A stretch of DNA of 63,470 nt, counting the filler, from Sluysia triapertura (lineage: Eukaryota): assembly GCA_046118255.1 (NCBI GenBank). It is 5 parts of 5 records of this genome, joined end to end, with 100 filler letters (N's around TTAATTAATTAA, not from the genome) between each part and the next. Parts side by side here need not be neighbours in the genome. Positions count along the whole stretch, not along the records: positions 1 to 15,188 come from JBJNIA010235557.1; 4 more parts are not named here. One strand, 5' to 3'. The notes under the pieces were generated by a model. That model made no database searches, was not told where the DNA came from, and saw nothing but the letters and a program-made list of their open reading frames with translations. This document shows positions 1 through 11,576 of this stretch, piece after piece. Position 1 is the first letter of the stretch. Each line of letters starts with the position of its first letter. The translations under genes and the position numbers were made by a program.

Positions 1-233
1 CTCATATCTACTACAAAGTAAGTACTCAAAAGCGCTTAAAATAAATCATTCATTATAATATTTCTGAAACAGAAACACTTTGTCTTTTTCTTAAATATTT
101 CATAATCTTCCACTAATTTGACATTCTCTGGTAGTACTGGATATGTATTTTTGAAACATAAAGGGTATACAACCTATCACCTAGCTCTTATTATCACTGT
201 GGATTCTGTATAGATTATTATTATGTCTCAATG
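1..233 (-). mobile_element. 3' end of an L2/CR1-group LINE; distal half of the copy split by the 234-2125 insertion
   Basis: Reverse complement aligns with the LINE 3' ends at ~8715-8940 and ~36110-36340. It resumes exactly at CATTG, where the 2126-2640 piece stops. Confidence 0.85.
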
Positions 234-2125
234 TGTAAGGGCTTAAATTGTTGTATTTATAAAAATTTTTGAAAATTTTAAAATGTAAAACTTTCTGATT
301 AAAATTTATTGTATAAATTATTTTTAAATTAGTGAAAGTAAATAAAAAATCACACAAATTCCTAAATCTATTCATAATTAATATAACTACACTAAATAAT
401 GTCATATTTTCCAAAGTATGCCATTTTGTAAAGTCGGACGTTCGGAAATTTTATTTGAATCTTTCGCAATAATTTTGTCTTCGGGCAATTGTCTGTCTTA
501 ATAAATTTAGTCGTTGATTAATTCTACATCAATTTTTTTTGACTTGATTGCTTCGTCACTTAATTCTTTCACGTCTTTGTGATCCGTTTTATGAACTTCT
601 TTGACAGTTATATGAGTTAACATACCACAAAAATCCATGTCTACACTAATATTGAATCCAGTAAAGCTTCTAAAATTTTATCAAAGATTGCTGTTTTATC
701 AAATTCAGATATTGTTTCATTTTTATTGTCATTTTTATTATCATAATCTTGATTAAGACTTTCATTTGGACATGAATAATTGTTCTCTATTTCACTGTCA
801 CGCTTACTTGACTTATCATCAGATGATTCCGAAATTATTGTATGTATATAATCCACATATAAATAATGTAAATTTAGTGTTGAGGTAAATATCAAATTAT
901 CTTCTAAATATTGATCTTTTCGAGATGTTTTATAACAGGTAAACTGACGTAGCCAAATTTGAACTTACCATGAATATGATCATCAATCTTTTTAAAGTTT
1001 TCTTTATATTGTGGACAATTATTAAATTTAACATGTGACTCGGTTTTACTACGATTTTTGAAACAATCCGAAGATATTGATAACGGAAACTTATGAAACT
1101 TGAATTCTTGACAATTTGCCTCGACAATCATATCCGATAATTCACTACTATCTCGGTATTTTAAAAAATTCATTATTGCTTAACTCTATAATAAAATTGC
1201 TATCAATCTATGCACAATCACTGCGTCGTATTATTTGTCATTACTAAAAAATGTATACAATTGAAACGAAAATTTTATTGGCTGTCTAAACATAGGTATT
1301 GAAATGATAAAAGTGAGCACTCTGGTTGGACAGATATTAATAAAGCAAAATTGCAAAAAATTGACAGACAAGCCACTGTCAATGGTGGCGAGAATTTGTA
1401 CATAGTAACCACTGGTGTCACCACTGATAGTGGCAATTACTGGTTACATTATTAAAATTAAATAATGAAAGATAAATATGATAATAATAATAATAATTAT
1501 TATTATTATAACGCATACTTCCTTTCAAATTCTTTGATTATTTTGGACATATTTAAATCTTTAATATCTTTACATATCTGGAAGGTTGAATGCTGAGAAT
1601 TTATGATTTAAGATGTTTTGAATTAGTTTTAAATGTGTACTTGATGTTTTAAGGTGCAATTGTAGATCTAATGTTGTACGATAATGTGTAGAATTTTTAA
1701 AATGAATTTTTAGATGCCAATTAATGTTTTTGACTGAAGATGAGCTTGAGAGTTGGAAGCTTATGATTTAAGTATTTGCAATAATATAAATGTTTTGTGT
1801 GGGTTTTTAAATATACGTTGATATTCTGACTGAAGATAATGTTTGGATATTAGGAGATTGTGACCTAAAAATACGTTGAAAATAGTGTGGTTTAGTGAAT
1901 ATAAAGAAGATAAATTATAGTCTAGATTTTGGTACATTCTAAAGGGTAATTGTGTGATGTTAATAGGATATGATTTTAGTTATGTTAGTATTGAACTATC
2001 TACAAAAATGATTGTGATTAATTTTTGATTGTAAATTGTAGATTTAAAGGGTGAATGTGATTTTGATGTATTAAGAAGGAAAAATTTTAATAAAATTTGT
2101 TAATAGTGAAAGGTTGGCCACCACA
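234..2125. mobile_element. 1.9 kb LTR-like element (family C, copy 1) carrying a BTB cargo gene
   Basis: Ends TGTAAGGG...GGCCACCACA. Perfect 5-bp TSD CAATG at 229-233 and 2126-2130. Interrupts a LINE ORF. Right portion is homologous to 51600-52154 and 55380-55617. Confidence 0.8.
641..1173 (-). pseudogene. BTB/POZ-domain cargo ORF, interrupted after ~89 codons, followed by an acidic segment
   Basis: SELSDMIVEANCQEFKFHKFPLSISSDCFK...VKFNNCPQYKENFKKIDDHIHG matches the BTB pattern SDv.i.v....F.lHk..L...S.yF....i.l.d.p...e.F..i.dfiyG. Stop and frame break near 900. Confidence 0.65.
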
Positions 2126-2640
2126 CAATGAAATATTCATCTTGCTTTCCAAATATTTTATTATTTCTAAAAGATATTCAGGACTTCTGTAATGTAAGCA
2201 TTTGTAAGTTATTGTCATTATTTTGAATTCTATTCTTGCTTTTATTGACAACCAATGTAATTTCTTAGGATAAGATGTTATATGAGATCTTCTTCCAACT
2301 TGGAGAATTAGTCTTGTTGCTTGATTAATTATTAATTGTAATTTTTTTACTTTTCTATATGAAATTGAGTACAACAAACCATTGTTAAAATCTATGTTGC
2401 TAGTTATCAATGAGTGAACAATAAGTCTAGCTGGTTCTTTATTAATAAATCTTCGAATATGTGATATTTTATTTAACAATACAATTATTATTTTCTTCCG
2501 TGTTCATTTTTGAATCCAGATAACAACCTATATTTCGTACTTTTTGCTTTACATCTAGTGTCTTACCACCTACAATTAATTTTGGTATTGTCGCTACTTT
2601 TATTACTGAAGATTATAAATTCTGACTTTTCTTCATTGAT
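2126..2640 (-). mobile_element. L2/CR1-group LINE reverse transcriptase C-terminal fragment
   Basis: VRNIGCYLDS...ISHIRRFI...LIVHSLITSNIDFNNGLL...KLQLIINQATRLI...SHITSYPKKLHWLSIKARIEFK is the typical post-RT region of L2/Crack-type LINEs. Confidence 0.85.
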
Positions 2641-3045
2641 TATTTTCAAATATTTATTTCCAAACCATTTTTAAATATTAATTTATTTGTCTTTTATATT
2701 AATACACAATAAATACTCGAAATAGATGTACAATCCATTTCTTAAACACAAATAACGAAAATGTGTATAAATATTGCATTATAATTATCTGAATTTATAA
2801 TTTTTATTAAACCCAACTTAAACAAAAATTATTTTAAACAGCTTTCGAGTTTTAAAAATACGAAATAAAATAAATATTCTCATATAAAAATTTTATATTT
2901 AATTAATTAATTTATATTAATTATTAATTTAGATAATTAATAAATAATATTAAATATACAATATTAATTAAATTAATATAATTTTATCCATTTATTTATT
3001 TAATGTTTATTAATTATTAATTATTTTAATAAATTTTGTTTATAT

Positions 3046-3567
3046 ATGCACGGAATTGTGAAAGTGATGGATCGTGCTGCCTTATGTTTATCAGAAATTT
3101 TTATTTTGTTCATCCTTAGTAAACACAAATACAAATTTATCGAATTAATCAAATACAGAATCAAAAAATACAAATCAGAATGCTACAAATGTGTAGTATT
3201 AATTGAACAACGAATTTATGATAAAATTGATCATGACAATGAAAATGAAACTAATGAAACTAAAGAAAAACAGGAACGAGAAACAATTTATTTTCAATTG
3301 CGACATATATGGATTTTATTGACCATTTTTTTATTAATTTTATTTGCTAATAAATATTTTCTTAGGTTAATTTTTTATTTATTGAATTTAATCAGATGTA
3401 CTTTTTGGCGGATATTTGAATTTCAAATCAGTTATTTCATACAAATTGTTAATTTAAAGATATTTCAGTGTTTTTTATCGATTTTGGCTCTCTTTGCAGC
3501 ATCAGAAAAGAAACTACAATTTTATGAAGTATTTACTGCTGTTTTATTAAGTTATTCAATACTGTGA
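3046..3567 (+). CDS. Orphan intronless 173-aa ORF, charged middle followed by hydrophobic segments (hypothetical membrane protein)
   Basis: ATG start and 522 bp open in very AT-rich DNA. No recognisable family. Confidence 0.3.
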   Translation: MHGIVKVMDRAALCLSEIFILFILSKHKYKFIELIKYRIKKYKSECYKCVVLIEQRIYDKIDHDNENETNETKEKQERETIYFQLRHIWILLTIFLLILFANKYFLRLIFYLLNLIRCTFWRIFEFQISYFIQIVNLKIFQCFLSILALFAASEKKLQFYEVFTAVLLSYSIL

Positions 3568-4539
3568 TATTAATTTTTATAAATTAATTATATTTTTTTG
3601 ATTTCGCAAAGTTCATTTTGGATAAAAATATTCTAATTATTTTATGTGAATCATTTGATCGATCATTTTAAGAGAGACATATCGAGTTTATAAAAAGTGT
3701 GTCCATAACAACTGCTTTACACAATGTTATTGTTTATTTTGATACCATTATACATTATGCAATTATTTAATGAGTTAACAATTACAAAATGTGCACCTGG
3801 TAATTGTAGTGTTGCATGGATAGAGATAAAATATTAAATGTAATTGAAAAATCTCTAAATTTATTGACTTGGAATATGTTACTTTTCAGGAATATAAATT
3901 CTTCAATTGGTGTCATAAATAATCAATATTATGTTTTGGATTATCGATTTAAGTTAATGTATTTGGAATTTTACACCTAACTGAGTGTAAAATTATAAAA
4001 TGAAGGCTTTTAATATTGATGTAGAGCACATTTAAAATGTAATAATTAAATAAAATAATATTGTATTTTATTATAAGGGTTCATCCTTTGAAATGACTGA
4101 TTATGCGAGTACACACTTGATTTTGTGTCATGTTAATCGCCTAATCAAAAATTAATCGCCTAATCTTTATAAAATTTAACAATATTACTGTAAACTTTGT
4201 ATTTATAGATATTAATTAACCAAAAAAGGAATGGATCATAGATCTGTACCTTTTATTTCAATACTTTGTGTACTCTTAGAATCGTTTTTTCGTGATATAT
4301 TAAATTTTTAGTTAAATAACAAAATTTCGTATTGTACATCGATTTTTTATGATTAGTTCTATTTTGTCATAATATTTATTAATATTATCATTAATAATTA
4401 ATATTTTTAGTATTATCATCAAATGATTATAATAATGATTATTATCTTACATATTGTTAATTACCTTGTATTTAGGAACATCGATTGGTTCAATAGATCG
4501 ATCAGATACTTTCATTTGTAAATATTTTCATTGAATAAT

Positions 4540-4930
4540 GTTCTTTATACATCTGACATTCACTAATATCAGAGAGAATTCGGTTGCATTAAGAGACTTT
4601 ATTATATTTCCATGTGATACAGCATTCAAGAATTGACTTTTGGATTGCCAGGTGACTTTCTGATTTTCATTTCAGAGGAAACTTCGCGAAGTTAAAAAAT
4701 CTGTGAATGTCTCAAATATTCCAATATCTCCTACCTGAGATGTGGTGCTAATCCACCTTGGAATGTGTGCCCAAACGATTCAAATCAATCAAACTGACTT
4801 TAGGTCGTTGTCATTAATTCATTTTGTTATACAATTACGTCTTTCCATTTATGAATAATCTAGTCTTTTTTCCAATAACCCACACAGAAAGAGCATCCAT
4901 TACTTTCATTGAAGAAAATCCATTTATTAG
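4540..4930 (-). mobile_element. pogo/Tigger-type DDE transposase relic
   Basis: HIPRWISTTSQVGDIGIFETF resembles IP.g.T..lQp.D.gif..fK. Many stops. Confidence 0.5.
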
Positions 4931-4999
4931 GTAATAATTTAAAATGATGCTATTTTTATAAGAGTCAGTTTGACTATTGTTATTAGAAATGATCAGCTA

Positions 5000-5469
5000 T
5001 GATAAATCAATATCAATGTAAATAGATTAAACTTAGTGATTCATAAGGCATTCAGGAGGCTCTAGATGTTTTCACGGTCACCTCTCTGATTCCTTCTTAT
5101 TGTTCTTCATGTTAATTATTGCCATATTAAACTTATCGTTATTATTTTGAACAATGATTTTATTTTTCAAACATTTTATTTCTAAAACTCGAAGAACCCA
5201 GATGCTTATCAAGGTTTCAAGAATACTTAAAGATTAATAAAGCCTCAGATGTTATCTAATACCTTCAAATGTTTTCCAAGTCAATTGCAAGCTTCTAGAA
5301 GGTCTCAACACCTTATATGTGTTTGGAACTCTAAGGTATTCTTCAGCTGTTATCATTATTATAGATGTTTATATATATAATGTTCAATCTATCACTTCAT
5401 ATCAGCTCTTCTTTCAATTCATGTTTCTATGTGTCTCTTACTCAACTCCTGATCCACAGTTGGGCAACA
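5000..5469 (-). mobile_element. Partial LTR-like element related to 12850-14040
   Basis: Minus strand starts TGTTGCCCAA. Shares blocks with 12850-13370, e.g. GGAATCAGAG...GTGAAAACAT.TAGAGC.TCCTGA. Confidence 0.6.
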
Positions 5470-7175
5470 TCAAAATCACCACCAAAATTGTATCTTAAGT
5501 TCGTTTGTAATTTATTGCTTCGTCGAGAAGTGCATATATAGTTCCTCGCTGAAAACTAGATCACGATATGATATGGATGCTCCAAAAAGTGAATATATAT
5601 GAAGTTTAATAAAATTTATTTTTGAAAAAGGTTTATAATTAGTTCTATAATCAAGGCTTCGACGAGGTTAAAGATGAATTACAAATATTTTTATTTGTGT
5701 GTACAATTAATTCTACTTAATTAAAAGTCGACTGCGTTTATTTTTTGGAATATTCGTAATTTATTCGTTGTACTATTTTATATAAGAATCTTTTCCTTGT
5801 TGCGGGATCGGTTTAAAAGCTGTGTGAACTGTGCCCATATGAACATCTTCTAATATTTATACTCAGTTTATTTACTACTTGCTACCTTAATCAGGTAGAT
5901 TGCAGAACCTTCTAAAATTACAGAACTAAACATTAAGTAACATGAAGTGTTATTGTACAAAAATGCTTAACCAACAAAATGTAATATAAAGATAATCATC
6001 TGCAAATGATACCTTGAAAAATACTAAAAATTGATTTGTATTGATTTATATCAATAGTCTAATTCTTCAGACTTTTATGAGGATTTTATTACTAGCAGAA
6101 GGTAACGTAAAAAGAACAAAAAATAAGTCGACATGGAAACCAGGATAACAATGAGAGAAATTTCAACAAATTGAGAAGAACGATGAGCTGTATCAGTACT
6201 AATTGTTAATCAATGCATTGACAAATATGATTCGTAAATTTTTAATCGTTTTCAAAAATTTTTGATATCTTCTTTTTAATTACTATTTATAGTACTTTAT
6301 GAATATAAAAATTACATATATGACAGACTTTTAGTAAAATAAAATTTTATATTTATTTTACTATTTCAAAATGATATGGAAATTTTAGTTATTAAATTGA
6401 ACATTTCGATATTAATGCAAACAACAGGTTTGATCCAATTCGTGATTGACTAGGTTAAATGAATTGAAAGAAAAAGCTGAAACAAAAAAATATTTAATGA
6501 AATATGTTCGACGGAAATAAATCATTTTGTTGTGTGCACTACAATATATTGTTAAACAAATATACACGTGCAAAAACAGTTACTTTCACAGGAAATAGTT
6601 CTGTATAATGTGACGTACAACATACTTCGAAGCGCAACAAAAAATATCACGTGTATATTTCGTTATCATAGCAATTATTATGTCACACAAATATAATCGT
6701 GAATGTCATTATGATAAGTGTTGAATTTAATTATCAAGATGAATTTTTTACAGTAAAAATTAAACATAGGTATTACTAATTTAGTAAAATTTCATTTTAA
6801 TCGCATGTTGAGTCCGTATTTACTAATAAAGATAATCATTTTTTTATCAAATGAAGTTTTATTTTTAGGACGAAAATGAATGACAGTTATAATAGATAAA
6901 GATCTCTCATTTTCTCAAGTAAACCTTCTTTATTAATTGTTATTGTTTGAATTAGTAGAAAAAATATAATTCTAGATAAAACGTAGACATTTACAAGTGA
7001 TTTTTCTATTTAATTACTTTTAAAATTAAATGTAGAAAGTAAAATTCAAACTGTTCTTATACAGAATATCCAAATTATTTTACACTGTCGCTCAATTTAA
7101 TAATGCAAGTAGAAGTAAATAATACAAATGGAAGTATAAAATTGTATAAATATATTCAAAATTTAATATATTTCT

Positions 7176-7730
7176 TCATATAAAATCACAATAAAAAATC
7201 AAATTTCTCATATTGTGATTGAATTTGTGCGTAATTAATCGAGAAGTCAAGAAAACGAAACTAACAATTAAAGCGGTAATAAAAAGAAAAATCATTGAAA
7301 ATACTTCATAAATCACTGGACTTATTTCCAGGATCCATTTTATAGGTGATTCAATTAATATTTTCCATACTTCCTCTAATAAAGTCCATGTATCATGTAT
7401 TACTATTTTGGTAATATTCATCATTAAGGAAATTATTGATATTGAAACTATTTTTAGAACATAAACCAATGAAGATTTTAGAAATGGTAGAAGTAACTTT
7501 GGAAATAATAATGACAAACTAAAAATCCATAGAACAATTAATAAAAATCTAAAATTTTCTTTATTATCATCACTTGTCTGTTTAGATTGATAAAGTTCTT
7601 TTTCTTTTAACTTTAAATTATCTTGACATTCTTCTAACTCTGCTTTACATTTCGAAAACGTAATAGTATATTTATCACTACCGATATTGATTATTCTACT
7701 AAAATCTATGTTATCGTTGAAATGATCCAT
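7176..7730 (-). CDS. Orphan intronless 184-aa ORF, coiled-coil-like N-terminus plus several hydrophobic segments
   Basis: ATG start and 555 bp open. KCKAELEECQDNLKLKEKELYQ is followed by TM-like stretches. No family recognised. Confidence 0.4.
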   Translation of the reverse strand: MDHFNDNIDFSRIINIGSDKYTITFSKCKAELEECQDNLKLKEKELYQSKQTSDDNKENFRFLLIVLWIFSLSLLFPKLLLPFLKSSLVYVLKIVSISIISLMMNITKIVIHDTWTLLEEVWKILIESPIKWILEISPVIYEVFSMIFLFITALIVSFVFLTSRLITHKFNHNMRNLIFYCDFI

Positions 7731-8231
7731 TTTAAAAATTGATAAATTAAAACAAGTGACTATTTATTTCAAATTTTATCAAATACATAATTAGATAATT
7801 GTAATAAAATAGTTTCGATTTTTTTACCATTGATTAAATTATTTAATGTAAAATTAATTTTTTGTTAAATTTTAAATTTTCTATTAAACTAAAATGACAA
7901 TGTAATGTATGCATTGTATAACTGTTCTAACTGTTGTTATTTATATCTACAATTATATGTATCTTTATGTCTTTATTTTATGTCATACTTTAATATAAAC
8001 TTATATCATTAATTACAAGTTTGCGTAGAACCACATGTAGGTTATAAAAATTACTTAGAATTGTTTGAAATACAAGAATACCTTTGAAGATATGTTATAT
8101 TTTTGTTAATATCTCCTTAAATGATTATTTCTGATTTCTTTATTTAATTTTTATTATTTAATTTTATTAGTTAAATGGCTTAAAAGTGCCATTTGGTAAA
8201 ATTGAATATAATAAAATAAATTTGTTAGACG

Positions 8232-8303
8232 GGGCTGATAGCTCAGTGGTAGAGCATTCGAACTGCGCAGCGATGGTTCCGGCTTCGATCCCCGGTCGGT
8301 CCA
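8232..8303 (+). pseudogene. tRNA-Ala-derived sequence, anticodon arm disrupted (copy 1)
   Basis: 72 nt. Acceptor stem GGGCTGA/TCGGTCC with G3:U70, A-box TAGCTCAGTGGTAGAGC, T-arm CCGGCTTCGATCCCCGG, TGC at the anticodon position, followed by TTTT. The anticodon stem does not pair properly. Confidence 0.75.
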
Positions 8304-8519
8304 TTTTACGAAGTCTAACAAATTGAAATAGAAATCCATTCGAAAACGTTGATGGAAAATTCATTTCTTTTAGATTTAATCGTGGATTTCAAAATAAAGT
8401 TGATTTTATTAGCTTGCACAGCAATTTAACGGTGGATTTTATATACATATCAAAAATAATCGACAGTAATTGAATTTTGGTATAAACTTTTAGATCTCCA
8501 ATAACAAAATTAATATTAA

Positions 8520-8990
8520 TTTTATATGCGGCGATTTATACATATAGATTAATTATTTTTAATCTCATGTTACATCTTATCCTAAGGAACTACATTTTTT
8601 GCCAATAAATGCAAGAATAGAATTCAAAATCATGACAATAATTTACAAATGCTTACATTGTGGAAGTCCTGAATATCTGTTATAAATAATAAAAAAATTT
8701 GGAAACCAAGATGAATATTTCATTGAGACATAATAATAATAATCTATACAGAATCCACAGTGATAATAAGTGCTAATAAGGTGATAGGTTGTATACCGTT
8801 TGTTTCAAAACTATACAACCAGTACTACCAGAGAATGTCAAATTACTGGAAGATTATGAAATATTTAAGAAAAAGTTGTTTCAGTTTCAGAAATATTATA
8901 GTGAATGATTTATTTTGAGTACTTTGCAGTAGATATGAGCACAATATAAATTGATATATTATTATTAATTCATTCATTAATATTATTAAT
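8520..8990 (+). mobile_element. 5'-truncated L2/CR1-group LINE 3' end
   Basis: Near-collinear with 35925-36365 and with the reverse complement of 1-233 plus 2126-2300. ATT-rich tail. Confidence 0.85.
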
Positions 8991-9858
8991 TATATCATTT
9001 TCAATTATATTTTTATAGTGGAAGCAGAACTAACACACTGCAGATTTATTAGAAGGCAAATATTTTTTAAATTTGGAGTACACAGATAAAAAATCAATAT
9101 TACACTTATTGGAACCAATTAATGGTCAAACAATCCAAAACTTCCGAATATTGACACGAATGTTATCGTTGCACTGAATTGAACCATTGAAAGCAGTTTC
9201 TCATTAGTAAATATAAAAAACTTCTAACTATATTATCTAGTTTGGAAAGCGAATTATTCCACACTTAAGAATGTGCAATACAAGCAGCTGTGAAATTACA
9301 CATTTATTTAAAGCTTTCCAGACTGGAAAATCCCGAGCATTACTATCTCAAACGTGGTTAAGTGGCACAACATAAACTTAGAACAATTCAGTGAAATATT
9401 ACATTATCAAGTTAAGAACTTCTATCGCAACCTTTGATTCAACACATACGATCGTACGAATTTTCTCATAAATTTTTGATAGTGGGTCAATGCTAGAAGT
9501 TATTTTAAAAAAGTTATTCTCCTTCAATAAAGATGAATTCTTTTTTATTCATCAAAAATATAATAGTTTCCGCTCCAGCTTCATTCTGAACCAGAGTTAA
9601 AAACTTCCGGGTCTTTCACAACGTTTAGCTCCTCGAAGAATGATAAAAAACGTTTTTCAACAAGTTCCTTGCTAATTTTTCATTTTAAGTAAGTTTAATG
9701 TTTTTGTTTTCATAAATACGGCTGGGAAAATAAAAGAAGTTTTACAGTACATTATAAAATAAAGGACCTGGCAAGCTACATTAGATAACTAATTCCATTA
9801 CATTATAATAAATAAATATATCATTTGAAAATTACGACATTTAACCAAAATAATAATA

Positions 9859-10526
9859 CATGGTGCCCCAAAAGTAACTGAACCGCAAGCTTAAATAAAA
9901 ATTAGATATCAAAAACGACAAATGTAATTTCTTCTTTTGTCATTTCCTTCTGTGAATAGTAGTCTTTGGAGTGACTTCTGATTTTGTTCTGACGTCAGCG
10001 TGCACTTCTGAACCCTCATTCTTAAAAGTGCAGCGAAGGACTTCATTACTAAGAATTACTATGCAAGGACTAACTACAAGCATGGGAAGCAAACTTCATA
10101 ACACATGTATCGAGTAAGTCGAATGGCCTAGTTGGTGAACGTTACCTTGTTTTGCTAAAGACTAAAGTTTTTCCGATTGTTAATGAGTTTTCCCAATTTC
10201 AGTGATCTTCATTTTCAACAAGATGGAGCACTACACCATTGATGTTCGACAATGGCTTGATAAAACATTTCCTGGACATTGGATCTAACACCGCTTGATT
10301 TTCATCTAAAAAACTAGTTTATGCGACAGTTGATCAACTAAAACAAAGTATTCAGCACGAATGGACCCAAATTTCAGAGGAAACTTGTTAAAGCACGTCG
10401 CAGTGTTCTCAAAAGATGTATCGTATTTAAGTTCAAAGTGGAAATTTTGAATATTTTTAAATACTAAATATAGTTATTAAATTTATCGTTTTGATATCTA
10501 ATTTTTATTTATGTTGGGAAACCCTG
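9859..10526 (+). mobile_element. Tc1/mariner-superfamily deletion derivative
   Basis: TA-flanked, imperfect TIRs (CATGGTG...ACCCTG plus the inner AATTAGATATCAAAA.CGA block). Relic peptides FQQDGALHH, RQWLDKTFPGHW, DLTPLDF. Confidence 0.85.
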
Positions 10527-10611
10527 TATAATATACCCTGCAGATTGTGTAGCGTGTTCCAAAAATCAAGACTGGTATTTATTTAATTACACAAAATATA
10601 AAACTGATTAT

Positions 10612-10612
<1 letters not shown>

Positions 10613-10658
<46 letters not shown>
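10613..10658. repeat. (AAT)n microsatellite
   Basis: Direct reading. Confidence 0.95.
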
Positions 10659-10665
10659 GCCATAT

Positions 10666-11576
10666 TCACTGAAGAGTAGAATATAACAAAGGCATTGGAG
10701 AATTCTGAAATAATTAATTTAACATTAATAATGAATAATAATTAAACAAAAACTCACCGAGCGCCAATGTAAAACATTGACAAACTTTAATGAATGATCT
10801 TTACCCAAAATGACGAATGGATTGGTGTTAGTGTTACCATTATTATTATTATCATCATTTTTTACTTGTTTATCAAAAAATATATCAACTTCTCTAAATC
10901 GTGCAGAATCTTGCAATATCTTTAATGCTACAAATTTTCTCAAATGAGTCACAGTTGCTAAACTTGAAAGTCTAAAATTAAATTAAAATATGCAAAAATA
11001 GAAAAAAAACCTTAAAAAAGGTCTTTCAAGAATGGGCAAGTCATTATCAGAATGCATAGGCCTCAGTACTACTAACAGTTGTTGATCAAATCTATGATAA
11101 TTTGGATCATGCGCAGAAGAACTATGTGCAGTATCGTAATCAGGACTTAATAAACCATCTTCTGATCTAAAACGACTCAAATCTTCATTTAACGTTATAT
11201 CCAAATTTCGATTTTTATAATATTCTTCCCTTTGACTTTTTTCCTCTGAAATAAATAAAATTGAAATTGTAAAAGTACTTTCTCGTAAATGTGGTACCAA
11301 TTTATAAACAATTTCTTGCATACTTCTATCAACACTCAAATAATTCTCTGGATGACTCAGATGAATCACAGTTTTACATTGAGGACAATCATTATTATTG
11401 TCCTCTAAATACTTGACAATACAACTTTTACAAACTAATATATAACAATAATATTGCAATAGATGATACTCACAAATATGAAGACATTCAGTTACCGAAA
11501 CGGCATCAATTAAGTAACCTTTACAAATATAACATGAAATGAACTTATTTAATGAGGATATTTTTATCTTTTTCAT
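10666..11576 (-). CDS. PCGF3: Polycomb group RING finger protein (PCGF3/5-like; RING + RAWUL), 248 aa. Exons 11576-11474, 11434-11279, 11245-11011, 10971-10758, 10704-10666
   Basis: C3HC4 RING [31 protein letters not shown]...CPQC, then DRSMQEIVYKLVP, YHRFDQQ, RPFLRLSSLATVTHLRKFVALK and LGKDHSLKFV. Four GT..AG introns (39, 33, 39, 53 bp) give a 747-nt frame ending in TGA. Confidence 0.93.

Noticed and set aside
6805-6876. TGAGTCC...GGACGAAA resembling hammerhead stem II
   Set aside because: No CTGANGA core, ~55-nt AT-rich gap, no stems I/III. It also lacks the P1/P2 stems of the new motif.
8232-8303. Functional tRNA-Cys or tRNA-Ala gene
   Set aside because: Anticodon stem does not pair and U33 is absent. 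G3:U70 points to Ala ancestry, so it is called tRNA-derived only.
8154-8364. Two short minus-strand ORFs
   Set aside because: Open only because they cross the GC-rich tRNA-like sequence.
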